DNA of 64,000 nucleotides from Anaerolineae bacterium (GTDB lineage Bacteria; Chloroflexota; Anaerolineae; Promineifilales; Promineifilaceae). Under the pieces are notes generated by a model that was not told where the DNA came from, did no database searches, and was given only the letters and a program-made list of their open reading frames with translations. Made by a program: the position numbers and the translations under genes. Numbering within the stretch: position 1 is the stretch's first letter; each line of letters starts with the position of its first letter. The stretch spans positions 2,768-66,767 of the forward strand of contig JAMLHW010000019.1 in NCBI GenBank assembly GCA_023954475.1, in the 5' to 3' direction. Positions 1 to 9,463 of this stretch are shown here, in pieces.

Positions 1-1448
1 CCCCGTTCCCAATTGTGACCCGATCCGGCCAGCAGGTCATCGGCAGCCGACGGCCCCCATGATCCGGGTTCATAGTGGGCGAGAGGTGGGCCATCGTCAG
101 CTTCCCAGCCGTTGATAATGGGATCGATAATGCGCCAGGCCCGCTCGATATTGTCCGCACGTGTGAACAGAGTGGGATCGCCCTCAAGTGCTTCGAGCAA
201 CAGCTTTTCGTATGCTTCCGGTATCGGCGCGTTGCCAAACGAGTCAGCATAGTGAAATTCCATGTCGACCGACTTCATCGTGGCTGCAGTCCCCGGCTGT
301 TTGGCTTCAAAGCGCAGATGAATCCCTTCGTCGGGCTGCACGCAAATGGAGAGTAAGTTGGGTCTGGGCGTATACGGTTCCGGCAAAGGGAACATATTGT
401 GTGGTGGGCACTTGAACTGAACAGCGATTTCTGTGCTCTTGTCCGCCAGTGCTTTGCCGGAGCGCAGGTAAAATGGCACACCTTGCCAACGCCAATTGTC
501 GATGTAGAGGCGGAGCGCAGCAAAAGTCGGCGTTTTCGAGTTCGGTGTGACATCTTCACTATCGAGGTAGCCGTCGTATTGAGCCAGGACGGTGTTGGCG
601 GTGAGGTTGTCGCCGTTTATCGGCCGAATCGCGGCAAACACCTTGCTTTTTTCATTGCGAATCGCATTCGCCTCAAACGAACTCGGTGGTTCCATCGCCA
701 CCAGACTCAACAATTGTAACAAGTGATTCTGAAACATGTCGCGCAGCACGCCGGCTTTATCGTAGTAGCCTGCACGCCGACCGACATCGACCGATTCTGC
801 TGCCGTAATCTGCACACTTTCGACGTAATTGCGATTCCACAGCGGTTCAAAAATAGTATTGCCGAAGCGGAACACGAGAATATTCTGCACGGTCTCTTTC
901 GCCAGATAGTGGTCGATGCGGTAGATTTGCGATTCGTCCAGTTCGGCGTGAATGGCATCGTTGAGGGCTTCGGCCGATTTAAGATCATGTCCGAACGGTT
1001 TCTCGATGACAACGCGTCGCCAGCCGGATTTTTCGTGTACCATGCCCGATGCTCCCAGGTGAGCAATGGTTTCGGCAAAAAAGCGCGGCGCAACGGCGAG
1101 ATAATAGAGTCGGTTGGCGACATCGCCTTCCTGTTGCTTCAGAAAATCGTCGATAGCGCGATAAATATCCGGCTCGTTTAAGTTGCCGGGAATGTAGTGA
1201 ATAGTCGGCGCGAAGGTGTCCCAAATCGCCGGATCGAAGGTATCCGGTGTAAATTGTTGCAAGCCAGTGCGGAGTTTTGCACGAAATTCGGCCGAACTAT
1301 ATGCTCGCCGTGATGATCCGACCACGCGAAAGTTGGCCGGCAGGCGCTCTTTCACGTGCAGATTGTACAAACCTGGAATCAATTTGCGCCAGGTCAGGTC
1401 ACCCGATGCGCCGAAAATCACAACCGAAGTCGATTTACTGTCACTCAT
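1..1448 (-). CDS. zwf: glucose-6-phosphate 1-dehydrogenase; 3' end lies beyond the left edge (missing from the supplied ORF track because it runs off the window)
   Basis: Own minus-strand translation from ATG 1446-1448 gives [43 protein letters not shown] (G6PD NADP motif GASGDLxxRKL). In-frame [14 protein letters not shown] lies around 890-930 (G6PD signature RIDHYLGKE). The start overlaps the gnd stop as TAATG. Confidence 0.9.
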   Translation of the reverse strand, partial: MSDSKSTSVVIFGASGDLTWRKLIPGLYNLHVKERLPANFRVVGSSRRAYSSAEFRAKLRTGLQQFTPDTFDPAIWDTFAPTIHYIPGNLNEPDIYRAIDDFLKQQEGDVANRLYYLAVAPRFFAETIAHLGASGMVHEKSGWRRVVIEKPFGHDLKSAEALNDAIHAELDESQIYRIDHYLAKETVQNILVFRFGNTIFEPLWNRNYVESVQITAAESVDVGRRAGYYDKAGVLRDMFQNHLLQLLSLVAMEPPSSFEANAIRNEKSKVFAAIRPINGDNLTANTVLAQYDGYLDSEDVTPNSKTPTFAALRLYIDNWRWQGVPFYLRSGKALADKSTEIAVQFKCPPHNMFPLPEPYTPRPNLLSICVQPDEGIHLRFEAKQPGTAATMKSVDMEFHYADSFGNAPIPEAYEKLLLEALEGDPTLFTRADNIERAWRIIDPIINGWEADDGPPLAHYEPGSWGPSAADDLLAGSGHNWER

Positions 1449-2359
1449 TATTCCTCTGCCTTCTTCACCGCATGGCCGCCGAATTGGTTGCGCATGGCGG
1501 CGAGCAATTTTGCCCAATATTGCGTGTCGTCTCGGCTGGCAAAACGCATTTGCAGCGCCAATGTAATCACTGGCGCAGGGACACTCAGATCAATTGAATC
1601 GAATACCGTCCAGCGTCCTTCGCCACTATCTGGCACAAACCCTTCAATGCCGCTCAACTCCTGGTCGTCGGCCAGCGCAAGCGCCGTCAGATCGAGCAGC
1701 CACGAGCGAACCACGCTGCCGTAGCGCCAGATTTCAGCAATTTGATGTAGATCGAGTCCGAACTCAGTTTTGGCACGCAAAATATCAAACCCTTCGGCAT
1801 ATGCCTGCATCATGCCGTATTCAATGCCGTTGTGTACCATTTTGGTGTAATGGCCGGAACCGCGTGGCCCGACATGTCCCCAGCCTTTGTCGGCAGCCGG
1901 TGCCAATGTTTCCAATACAGGACGGATATGTGCCACGGCGTCATCGGCGCCGCCAACCATCATGCTGTACCCTTCAGCCAACCCCCATACGCCGCCGCTT
2001 GTGCCGACATCAACCATATAGATGCCTTTATCGGCCAATGTATCACCGCGCTGGATAGTATTTTTGTAGTTGCTGTTGCCACCGTCAATGACGATGTCAC
2101 CCGGTTCCAGCAGGTCGCCGAGTGTGACGAGGACGCCGTCGGTAGGTTTGCCTGCCGGAACCATCACCCAGACAGTGCGCGGCGCCGACAGCTTGTCGAC
2201 CAATTCGCTGATTGATGCGGCTCCGATTGCGCCGTGGGATTCGGCCGATTGCACCGCCTCTACACTCAAATCCGACACCACGACGCGATGACCACCGTTT
2301 AGCAAGCGCTGCGTCATATTCGCGCCCATTTTTCCCAGACCGATCATGCCGAGTTCCAT
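1448..2359 (-). CDS. gnd: 6-phosphogluconate dehydrogenase, decarboxylating, short (about 300 aa) form
   Basis: 303 aa ORF with N-terminal Rossmann motif [16 protein letters not shown] and 6PGDH-like core ([23 protein letters not shown]). Lies between pgl/GDE and zwf in one operon. Confidence 0.85.
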   Translation of the reverse strand: MELGMIGLGKMGANMTQRLLNGGHRVVVSDLSVEAVQSAESHGAIGAASISELVDKLSAPRTVWVMVPAGKPTDGVLVTLGDLLEPGDIVIDGGNSNYKNTIQRGDTLADKGIYMVDVGTSGGVWGLAEGYSMMVGGADDAVAHIRPVLETLAPAADKGWGHVGPRGSGHYTKMVHNGIEYGMMQAYAEGFDILRAKTEFGLDLHQIAEIWRYGSVVRSWLLDLTALALADDQELSGIEGFVPDSGEGRWTVFDSIDLSVPAPVITLALQMRFASRDDTQYWAKLLAAMRNQFGGHAVKKAEE

Positions 2360-2442
2360 TGTATTCTCCTTTGGGAAGCGTTTAGCTGTTGGCTATTAAC
2401 TTTGATGTTCCATTCTTCAGATGCAGTGAAGGTTGGTTGAAC

Positions 2443-4413
2443 TTACGTCGTCGGGGTGGTTAATGCCCAACAGCGCAACAGTTCGGCAACCGTCCAGGCC
2501 TGAGCATTACAGCCGCGTGGCGTGAACGGTGCATCGCCGTCGAAGATTTCACTCAGACTGCCGACGCAGTGGCCGTTCAGGTGGCGCAGCAACGGCTGAA
2601 GAAATGAACCCGCTCGTTGTGCGTCGTGGTAGACGCGCAGATGGGCAGCGACGTAAGGCCCGATCAACCAACCCCATGTCGTGCCTTGATGGTAAGCACC
2701 GTCACGGGTTATACGACTGCCGCCGTACACGCCGACGTAATCAGGGTGCTCGGGAGACAGGCTGCGCAAGCCGTGGGGGGTCAGCAAATGGTGCGTACAC
2801 GTATCGACGACTGCTTTCTGTTGCGCTGGTGTCAGCGGTGAGTAAGGCAGTGAGACGGCAAAGAGTTGATTCGGCCGAAGTGCATCATCGTTCCCGTCAG
2901 GCCCGTCAATGACGTCAAAGCAATATCCTTTCGCCGCATTCCAGAATTTGTTGAAATGGGTTTGCACGAGATCGGCCAATTGTTCGTATTTGCTTGCGCT
3001 GAGACCGGCAATCTGGGCGAAATCGCACATGATGCGCAGCGCATTGTACCAGAGGGCACTGATCTCAACTGGTTTGCCGATGCGCGGCGTCACGACCCAC
3101 AAGTCGACTTTGGCGTCCATCCATGTCAATTGTACGCCGGGTGAGCCACCGTAAATCAGACCATCGGCCGAATCAGCTTTGATGTTATAGCGCGTACCCT
3201 TCAAATGCCAATCAATAATGTCGTCGAGTACGATGAACAGCTCTTTGATCAGCGCCCCATCGCCAGTTTGTGCATAATACGCGCGAATGGCTTCAAAATA
3301 CCACAAAGTCGCGTCGATTGTATTATATTCCGGTTGCTCACCTTCGTCCGGGAACCGGTTGGGCAACATGCCTTTGTCGACATAGTGCGCAAACGTCTGC
3401 AAAATGCTGCGGGCGACGTGGGAGCGACCTGTATGCAATGTCAGGCCTGGCAGGGCGATCATGGTATCGCGGCCCCAATCACTAAACCATGGATAACCGG
3501 CAATGATGGTGTGTCCGTCACCGGCGGGTGTCGTGCGCTTGACGATAAACTGGTCGGCTGCCAACACCAATTGATCAATGGCCGCCGTCTTGTCGGGTAG
3601 ATCGTCTCCGGCAGAGAGCAGGGCATCATCCAATGACCGGCGTACTTCGTAGGCTGTCTGGCCGTCCAGATCGGGCGCAGCGTCGGTTGTTGCAACCAAT
3701 GTCAGCGATTCGCCCGGTTCGAGAACGGCCGAAAATGTGCCGGCGAGTAAATTATCGTCATGGTCACCCGTGTGCCGGTAATGTTCGATAGCGGCGTAGA
3801 ATTTCTTTTGCCAGATGTAGCGCGGTTGTACCGATCCGCGATCGCTGTAGACGTAATAGGGTGCCATGCCGACAGCACCGGTGAGTTGTAATCCGCCATC
3901 GACTGGTGTGACGGCCAAGTGGGCAGTGGCAGCCTCTGTGTGGCTGTGATAGTCGCGATGGTTGACGAGCGCGTCGAGGACGAGTGCCAATGGCCCACTA
4001 CCGCGCACAAAGTTGTAGCGTACGTAAGTTGTATTTGCGCCGGCCTGCATCCAGATGCGTTTTTCGAGTACGGCGTCGGCAAAGGTGTATGTCCAGACGG
4101 GTGTTGACCCTTCGAGGCGGAATTGTTCGATGTGCGCATAGCCGTTGGGTGAGACGATGTCTGGCCCCCAGCGATTGGCAAATACTGGGTAGCGCTGCCC
4201 TCCGTACCCGGCAGTGGCTTCGAGCTTGGTGACGAGCAGCGTGCGCCCCAGCGGCGGCTTGAGCGCGGCGATGAGCAGCCCGTGGTAGCGTCGACTAAGG
4301 ATGTCGGAGACGGTTCCCATAGCGAAGCCGCCGATGCCGTTGGTGACAAGCCATTCCCGGTTTTCGGCCGAAACCAGTTCATTACACGTGTCGCGTCCAA
4401 ATTCGATAGTCAT
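2443..4413 (-). CDS. glycogen debranching enzyme / amylo-alpha-1,6-glucosidase family protein
   Basis: 667 aa ORF with GYPWFSDWGRDTMIALPGL and WMDAKVD...VTPR motifs typical of the GDE C-terminal (alpha/alpha)6 family. ATG at 4413 (MTIEF...) gives an ATGA overlap with the pgl stop, so it is preferred over the track start at 4446. Confidence 0.85.
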   Translation of the reverse strand: MTIEFGRDTCNELVSAENREWLVTNGIGGFAMGTVSDILSRRYHGLLIAALKPPLGRTLLVTKLEATAGYGGQRYPVFANRWGPDIVSPNGYAHIEQFRLEGSTPVWTYTFADAVLEKRIWMQAGANTTYVRYNFVRGSGPLALVLDALVNHRDYHSHTEAATAHLAVTPVDGGLQLTGAVGMAPYYVYSDRGSVQPRYIWQKKFYAAIEHYRHTGDHDDNLLAGTFSAVLEPGESLTLVATTDAAPDLDGQTAYEVRRSLDDALLSAGDDLPDKTAAIDQLVLAADQFIVKRTTPAGDGHTIIAGYPWFSDWGRDTMIALPGLTLHTGRSHVARSILQTFAHYVDKGMLPNRFPDEGEQPEYNTIDATLWYFEAIRAYYAQTGDGALIKELFIVLDDIIDWHLKGTRYNIKADSADGLIYGGSPGVQLTWMDAKVDLWVVTPRIGKPVEISALWYNALRIMCDFAQIAGLSASKYEQLADLVQTHFNKFWNAAKGYCFDVIDGPDGNDDALRPNQLFAVSLPYSPLTPAQQKAVVDTCTHHLLTPHGLRSLSPEHPDYVGVYGGSRITRDGAYHQGTTWGWLIGPYVAAHLRVYHDAQRAGSFLQPLLRHLNGHCVGSLSEIFDGDAPFTPRGCNAQAWTVAELLRCWALTTPTT

Positions 4414-5150
4414 AACGCTCTCCCGGCTGATTCGTCGATCAGCCATGTGATTGTACCGTTTTTCGGCCGAATGCGTTGTGCCGGCAGGTTGACCGGATCA
4501 TCCGGCCCGTTGAGTACGCGTTGCAGCGCATCGGCCTTATTGGCTCCTGTCACCAGAAAAAGCACGTGGTGCGCGTCGTTGAAGACGGCTTGCGTCAACG
4601 TCACACGCCTCGACGGACGGTTCTCGTAGTCAGCCGTTATTGCCAGCACCGGCTGCGTGGCACCATCGGCCGGATCACTGCCCGGAAAAAGCGAAGCCGT
4701 GTGCCCGTCACTGCCCATGCCCAGCAGCGCCACATCGAGCTGCGGCCACATGCGCCCCGGTTCTGCCAGCGCTGCCAGTCGACGTTTGTAGTCATTTGTT
4801 GCCGCATTCGGTTCCAGTTCGCCTTTGATGCGATGGATGTGGCTGTCCGGCACAGCAATATGTGTCAAAATGGTGTCGTGGACTTGCCGGTAATTGCTCC
4901 CTGAAGCATTTGGTGGCACCAGACGTTCGTCGCCCCAGAGAAAATGAACTTGCTGCCACGGCATTTGCGTAGCGTACGGTTTGGTCGCCAGTAATTCGTA
5001 GAGTCTTTGCGGTGTGCCACCGCCGGAAAGCGCGATGAGAAAGCGCCCACGTTGTTCAACGGCAGCTTGCGCAATGGTGACAATCTGTTTGGCGGCGTAG
5101 TGGCTGAGCACGTCGTCATCGGGAAACTGGGTAACGGTTGGCATCGCCAC
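4410..5150 (-). CDS. pgl: 6-phosphogluconolactonase
   Basis: 246 aa ORF with LSGGGTPQRLYELL, WGDERLVP and LLGMGSDGHTASLFPG motifs of the Pgl/NagB family. Confidence 0.9.
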   Translation of the reverse strand: MAMPTVTQFPDDDVLSHYAAKQIVTIAQAAVEQRGRFLIALSGGGTPQRLYELLATKPYATQMPWQQVHFLWGDERLVPPNASGSNYRQVHDTILTHIAVPDSHIHRIKGELEPNAATNDYKRRLAALAEPGRMWPQLDVALLGMGSDGHTASLFPGSDPADGATQPVLAITADYENRPSRRVTLTQAVFNDAHHVLFLVTGANKADALQRVLNGPDDPVNLPAQRIRPKNGTITWLIDESAGRAL

Positions 5151-5156
5151 GATCTT

Positions 5157-5189
5157 AGAAACCGGGTTTCTCCAAGAAACCCGGTTTCT
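5157..5189 (-). terminator. perfect 15-bp inverted repeat hairpin (AGAAACCGGGTTTCT CCA AGAAACCCGGTTTCT) just after the acyltransferase stop
   Basis: Read directly. The arms are exact reverse complements with a 3-nt loop, and the hairpin sits between the stop at 5198 and the pgl start. There is only a short T stretch, so terminator function is tentative. Confidence 0.45.
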
Positions 5190-5197
5190 GGTTACAA

Positions 5198-6376
5198 TTA
5201 ACGAAAGATGGCGTCGCGGCGGGCAACGCGCTCATTGAGCATGGTCTGAATCGTGTGATGCGTCTTTTTGGCTAGTTGGGCGACAATGTCGTCATTTTCG
5301 GCCGAATCCGTTTCAAAGCTGCTCACTGACAACGGTTCACCAAACTCAATCGTCCATTTGGTTGGGTATGGCACAGCAGCCAACAATCCCAGCCACGGAA
5401 ACCGCAGCGTAATGGGAAAATAAGGAATACGCAGCCATTCGGCAATAGAACGGGCGTTGTGGACGGCGACATAGGTTTCCTCACCGCCAACAACGGCAAC
5501 GGGGATGATCGGCGCAGCGTGCCGCAAAGCCAGTCTGACAAAGTCGTCGTTGCGGAACGGCGTCATCTGGTAGCGATCCCAGAAGAGTTTGCCGGAACCG
5601 CGCAATCCTTCGGGGAAGACGGCAATTAAGTGACCTTGTTCGAGTAAGGCAGCGGCATTTTCGGCCGAATCGCTGGCATACCCGGTTTTATTGAGCAGCG
5701 ACGCCAGAACAGGCACATGTGCAAGCCGCGATGCATACAGAGGACGCACCATGCGCTCGTCGAAATGTTCTTTGGCAACTGCTGTGGCAATCATAGCGGC
5801 GTCAAACGGCAGTTGGCCGGAATGATTGGCGACCAGGATTGCCGCTTCACCGTCGTTGGGAACGTGTTCGATACCCAATGTCGTGACACGCCAGTAACGC
5901 GTGTAGAGAAAGTCGACCAATGGGCGCACCGCGTCGTTAAACTCCGGATCAAATCCCCATTCGTCCGTCTCGAAATCACCGGCAGCCCGTCGTTTGGCAG
6001 TGTCCACGTAACTCTGCACCGTATAGCTGATGAGAAACCAGATACCGCGATATGTGTCGGCGTCGAACGGATCGACATTGGCCGCGATCACGCCCAATTG
6101 ATCGAGCCAGCCCTGCGCGAACGATGGCGTCAGACGACGCACACCGCGTCCGATTTGATCGAAGGCGACTTCGGCCGAAAATCCGAGTGGTACGAACTCC
6201 GGATCAATGGCACGCAACCGCTCGATCACCTTGTTGAGTTCGTCGATTAACTGCTCACGCAGCGCCGTTACATCGACTTCGTCGTCAATATGTACGTCAT
6301 TGTCAGCGGTATCCGCGGCATGTCCGTTGACGTGTATTGCTTCATCTTCCATATAGTCTGTCCTAACGCCGCGCAT
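5198..6376 (-). CDS. PlsC-like glycerolipid/lysophospholipid acyltransferase with about 170 aa N-terminal extension
   Basis: 392 aa ORF with the acyltransferase block VANHSGQLPFD and the FPEGLRGSGK block. The N-terminal part carries the DTYRGIWFLISYT motif shared with the adjacent SAP protein. Alternative ATG at 6352. Confidence 0.75.
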   Translation of the reverse strand: MRGVRTDYMEDEAIHVNGHAADTADNDVHIDDEVDVTALREQLIDELNKVIERLRAIDPEFVPLGFSAEVAFDQIGRGVRRLTPSFAQGWLDQLGVIAANVDPFDADTYRGIWFLISYTVQSYVDTAKRRAAGDFETDEWGFDPEFNDAVRPLVDFLYTRYWRVTTLGIEHVPNDGEAAILVANHSGQLPFDAAMIATAVAKEHFDERMVRPLYASRLAHVPVLASLLNKTGYASDSAENAAALLEQGHLIAVFPEGLRGSGKLFWDRYQMTPFRNDDFVRLALRHAAPIIPVAVVGGEETYVAVHNARSIAEWLRIPYFPITLRFPWLGLLAAVPYPTKWTIEFGEPLSVSSFETDSAENDDIVAQLAKKTHHTIQTMLNERVARRDAIFR

Positions 6377-6410
6377 TCAGATAGCTCCGAACTATCTAAA
6401 CGCTGCCGGA

Positions 6411-7073
6411 TTAATTGTCTGTTTCACCCAACACCATCTGCTTGAGTTCCTGTGCTTTCGACTGCGCCGTGTAAGATGCCAGAAACCAGATGCCCCGGTA
6501 CGTATCTATTTCGAGCAAGTCGCGTGGGCCGATGTTTTGCGCTATTTGTCCCAGACCGACCAGGGTCTCGCCGCCGGGCAACTGCTGCACCAGCGCACCC
6601 AACCCGCTGACACTTTGTTGCAGTTCTTCCGCCTTGGAGTGCGCCGTGTAGTTGAGCAGAAACCACATGCCTTTCCATGTGTCGGGGTCGAGGATGTCCT
6701 GTGGAGACATGCCGGCGGAAACCTGTTTCAGTTCGCGGAGAATGCCGATGCGCATGTCGGGCGTGAACTTCACCATGTTTTCGCGCAGCAGATTGAGCAA
6801 AGCTTGCCTTGAGTAGGGCGGTGGATCGTATCCGTCAACCGTTTCCTGCAATTCTTCGACGACCTCGTTCAAGCCTTCCAGCACTTCGTAGAATTCCTGT
6901 TGATCGGCCGAAGGGCCGGCAGGCGCATTTTGCGCAGCGGCTGCTTCGGCGGCAAGAGCGCGTTCAAGTCGGGCGATCAATTCTGCTTTGCGCCCGCCAA
7001 CTTTGAGGTCGCGCTCGCGCAGCATCTCTTTCAGGGCCGGAACAGTGTACTGGTTCAGATTTACATTGCTCAT
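6411..7073 (-). CDS. SAP (Rho_N-like) domain protein with two internal DTxxGxWFLxxYTAxSKAxEL repeats
   Basis: 220 aa ORF. N-terminus YTVPALKEMLRERDLKVGGRKAELIARLE fits the SAP consensus. GGAG lies 7 nt upstream of the ATG. Confidence 0.6.
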   Translation of the reverse strand: MSNVNLNQYTVPALKEMLRERDLKVGGRKAELIARLERALAAEAAAAQNAPAGPSADQQEFYEVLEGLNEVVEELQETVDGYDPPPYSRQALLNLLRENMVKFTPDMRIGILRELKQVSAGMSPQDILDPDTWKGMWFLLNYTAHSKAEELQQSVSGLGALVQQLPGGETLVGLGQIAQNIGPRDLLEIDTYRGIWFLASYTAQSKAQELKQMVLGETDN

Positions 7074-7104
7074 CGTGATCTCCGGTACATAGTGGATGTC
7101 AAGT

Positions 7105-9273
7105 TTAATGGCCGCGTTTGCGCAGGAAAACGAGTCCGGCGCTTACGGCAGCGGCGGCTGCGCCGGCAGCTGCACCAGCAACGACCAATTTGCTCTTGTC
7201 ATCTTTGTCGTCGCTTATCTCATAGCCTGCTTCGGCATCGAGGCGCTTGAGTCCTGCGGCTGCTTCGGTCTGCACTTGAGCGAATTTTTCCGGATCGGCA
7301 CGCAAGGCGTCAGCCAGCGCGCGTTTTTCGGCTAAATCTTCATCGGTCAGGAAGTGGCCGTGGCTGCGGATGCCGGAAAGTTCCAGACCGTGCTTCTTGT
7401 AGAGCCGGTAGATTTCTTTGACGCGATCGATTTCGATTTCGCGGCCCAGCGTGTAATCTTCGAAGAGGCCTTCCATGGCCAGCAAGGCTGTCTCGGCAAG
7501 GCAGGCATAGGCGACACCTGGCGGCAGGCCGATGTCGTATCCGTAATCAGGATTGCCGGGGAGCAGGATTTCGCCGGATTCGATGACCAGCATGTCGGGA
7601 CGCAGCGCGGCTTCTTCGGCCGTTATGTCGGGTGGACGCGCGATGTCACAGACGACGGCTCCCGGTTTGCATTTGCTGACGTCGATAATGCGTTGGTTGA
7701 GTGCTGTCGTGGTCGTGACGATCAGGTCGGCGTCGGCAACATGATAATCGGCCGAAGTGCTAATCGTCACATGGGCGTCCGGCGTTTCTTCTTCAATCGT
7801 CCGTTTCAGCGCGATCAATTTTTCCGGGCGCGGTGCCACGAGCGTGATATTGGGGATGGCCTGTGCCAGTAAGCGCGAGCAAACAGAGCCAATTGATCCG
7901 GTTGCGCCGATGACCATGACATTGCCCTGGCGCGAATCTTCCAGCCGGTGCCCCATCTGTACCAATGCCTGTTTGGCCGTTTCCAACGTAGCGGCAACGG
8001 TGAGGCTGTTGCCCGACGTAATGGCGATGTCGGATTTTTGCGCGACGGTAATGCCGGCATCGCCGACCACTGACGTAAACGCGCCGAGGCCCATCAACCG
8101 CGCGCCGCGCCGTTCCGCCATCCGGGCGCAGTAAATCAACTGGCGATAAATGAGACCTGGCTCAAGACGCATCAGTTCCTTTGGCGTGCCGCCTAAACCG
8201 TAGAGATAGCCTTCAATTTTTTGGCCGGTTGCCGGACTTTCTATGCCGGTGATTTTGCTGATGTAAAACGGACGGATGCGGCTGGCAGCGCGTTCGACGA
8301 CAGCGTCAGGCAAATATTTAGTAAAGGCGAACCGCGGGCTATTGTGGATGAACTTGATGCTCAGTGGGTGGATGACAAAAGCGAATCGGTTAATGCCGGC
8401 GTCGTCGCTGAGGAAACGCATGCCCGGTGACCAATTGAGATCGGCCATCAGGTTGAGGTATGTGTCTTCACTGAGCGGCGCTGATTGGTCTTCGCGAATG
8501 GAGACCAGTGCGGCTTCAAACACGGCTGCACCGTGTTCGGCCAGATCGTTATCGGTCAATGACGGCATGGTAGTGACGAGTACGGATGCATTGCGACTTT
8601 GTAAATCGGCGACATCTTCGTCAGTAGCGTATTCGGTGACGATGGTTTTGCTTTTGAGTGAGGCGGGGCTATACCGGCGAATAGCACCCATATCGCCGGC
8701 AATGATATCGGCCGATTTGAACATTTCTTCGTCGCGCTTGACACCTGCCGTACCGGCAGCAGGGAAAATTAAACGGAACGATTGATCCGCCATGCGCTTG
8801 AGACTGAACAAAATCGGTGCGTTGGGATCATAAATGCGCGCATCGGCCGCGTGTACTTCTTCCGTGTACTGTCGGAATGCTTTTGTCAAGCCACTGTGAT
8901 TGAGTGACGGCACGAGCAAAATCTGTTTGCGTGACCAGATGCCGGGTTGATTATCGTCGGCCAGACGCAATGCCCAGCGTTCCATGGCAGCACGCACGCC
9001 ACTGCCATCGACGACTGGCGTTTCCTCCGCGATAGCAAACAGCTTCGCGCCTTCGACATGGGTCACGCGGTCGCTGCCGATGCGCAGCGTTTTGGCGACA
9101 CCTTCGAGCGCGATGGCATCGACTTTGCCGTCGAAATCGCTGATATGGGCCGACATGACGGCCAAATCTTTGTCACAGCCGATGTGTTCGACTGAAATGG
9201 TGTTGTCGAGGAGGCGTATTGCTTCAGTACGGCGCTCTGTTGGCCGGAAATGCAGGACGACGATTTTGTTCAT
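7105..9273 (-). CDS. fusion protein: unknown N-terminal domain (about 290 aa), acyl-ACP reductase (AAR)/shikimate-DH-like NAD(P) domain, and a C-terminal transmembrane tail
   Basis: 722 aa ORF. The central region matches remembered blocks of cyanobacterial AAR (LGAFTS vs GGFTS, TSGNSLTV vs TTGNTHTA, VIGATGSIGSVCSRLL vs VVGATGDIGSAVCRWL, ACLAETALLAMEG vs ACFAEAMLLEFEG). The tail GAAAGAAAAAVSAGLVFLRKRGH is hydrophobic. AAGGAG lies 9 nt upstream of the ATG. Confidence 0.6.
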   Translation of the reverse strand: MNKIVVLHFRPTERRTEAIRLLDNTISVEHIGCDKDLAVMSAHISDFDGKVDAIALEGVAKTLRIGSDRVTHVEGAKLFAIAEETPVVDGSGVRAAMERWALRLADDNQPGIWSRKQILLVPSLNHSGLTKAFRQYTEEVHAADARIYDPNAPILFSLKRMADQSFRLIFPAAGTAGVKRDEEMFKSADIIAGDMGAIRRYSPASLKSKTIVTEYATDEDVADLQSRNASVLVTTMPSLTDNDLAEHGAAVFEAALVSIREDQSAPLSEDTYLNLMADLNWSPGMRFLSDDAGINRFAFVIHPLSIKFIHNSPRFAFTKYLPDAVVERAASRIRPFYISKITGIESPATGQKIEGYLYGLGGTPKELMRLEPGLIYRQLIYCARMAERRGARLMGLGAFTSVVGDAGITVAQKSDIAITSGNSLTVAATLETAKQALVQMGHRLEDSRQGNVMVIGATGSIGSVCSRLLAQAIPNITLVAPRPEKLIALKRTIEEETPDAHVTISTSADYHVADADLIVTTTTALNQRIIDVSKCKPGAVVCDIARPPDITAEEAALRPDMLVIESGEILLPGNPDYGYDIGLPPGVAYACLAETALLAMEGLFEDYTLGREIEIDRVKEIYRLYKKHGLELSGIRSHGHFLTDEDLAEKRALADALRADPEKFAQVQTEAAAGLKRLDAEAGYEISDDKDDKSKLVVAGAAAGAAAAAVSAGLVFLRKRGH

Positions 9274-9463
9274 TAACTATGTTCTCCTTCGCGGTTGGTG
9301 ACAGTCGCGCCGTGTGGCTCTCCAATTGTGGCTTCGGCGTTAGTGTGATTCGATTGGTAGTTGTGCGTTGGCTGCGCCGCTCCGTAACTGTGTCAGATGC
9401 TGTTAGAAGCTTCGGCAACGGTCGAGCCTTTGGAATGATTATAGGTTTGACCGTGTTTTTCCG

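Noticed and set aside
3702-4400. 232-aa ORF in a second minus-strand frame inside the debranching enzyme gene.
   Set aside because: It is a Ser/Thr/Pro-rich shadow ORF, and the GDE frame is clearly the coding one.
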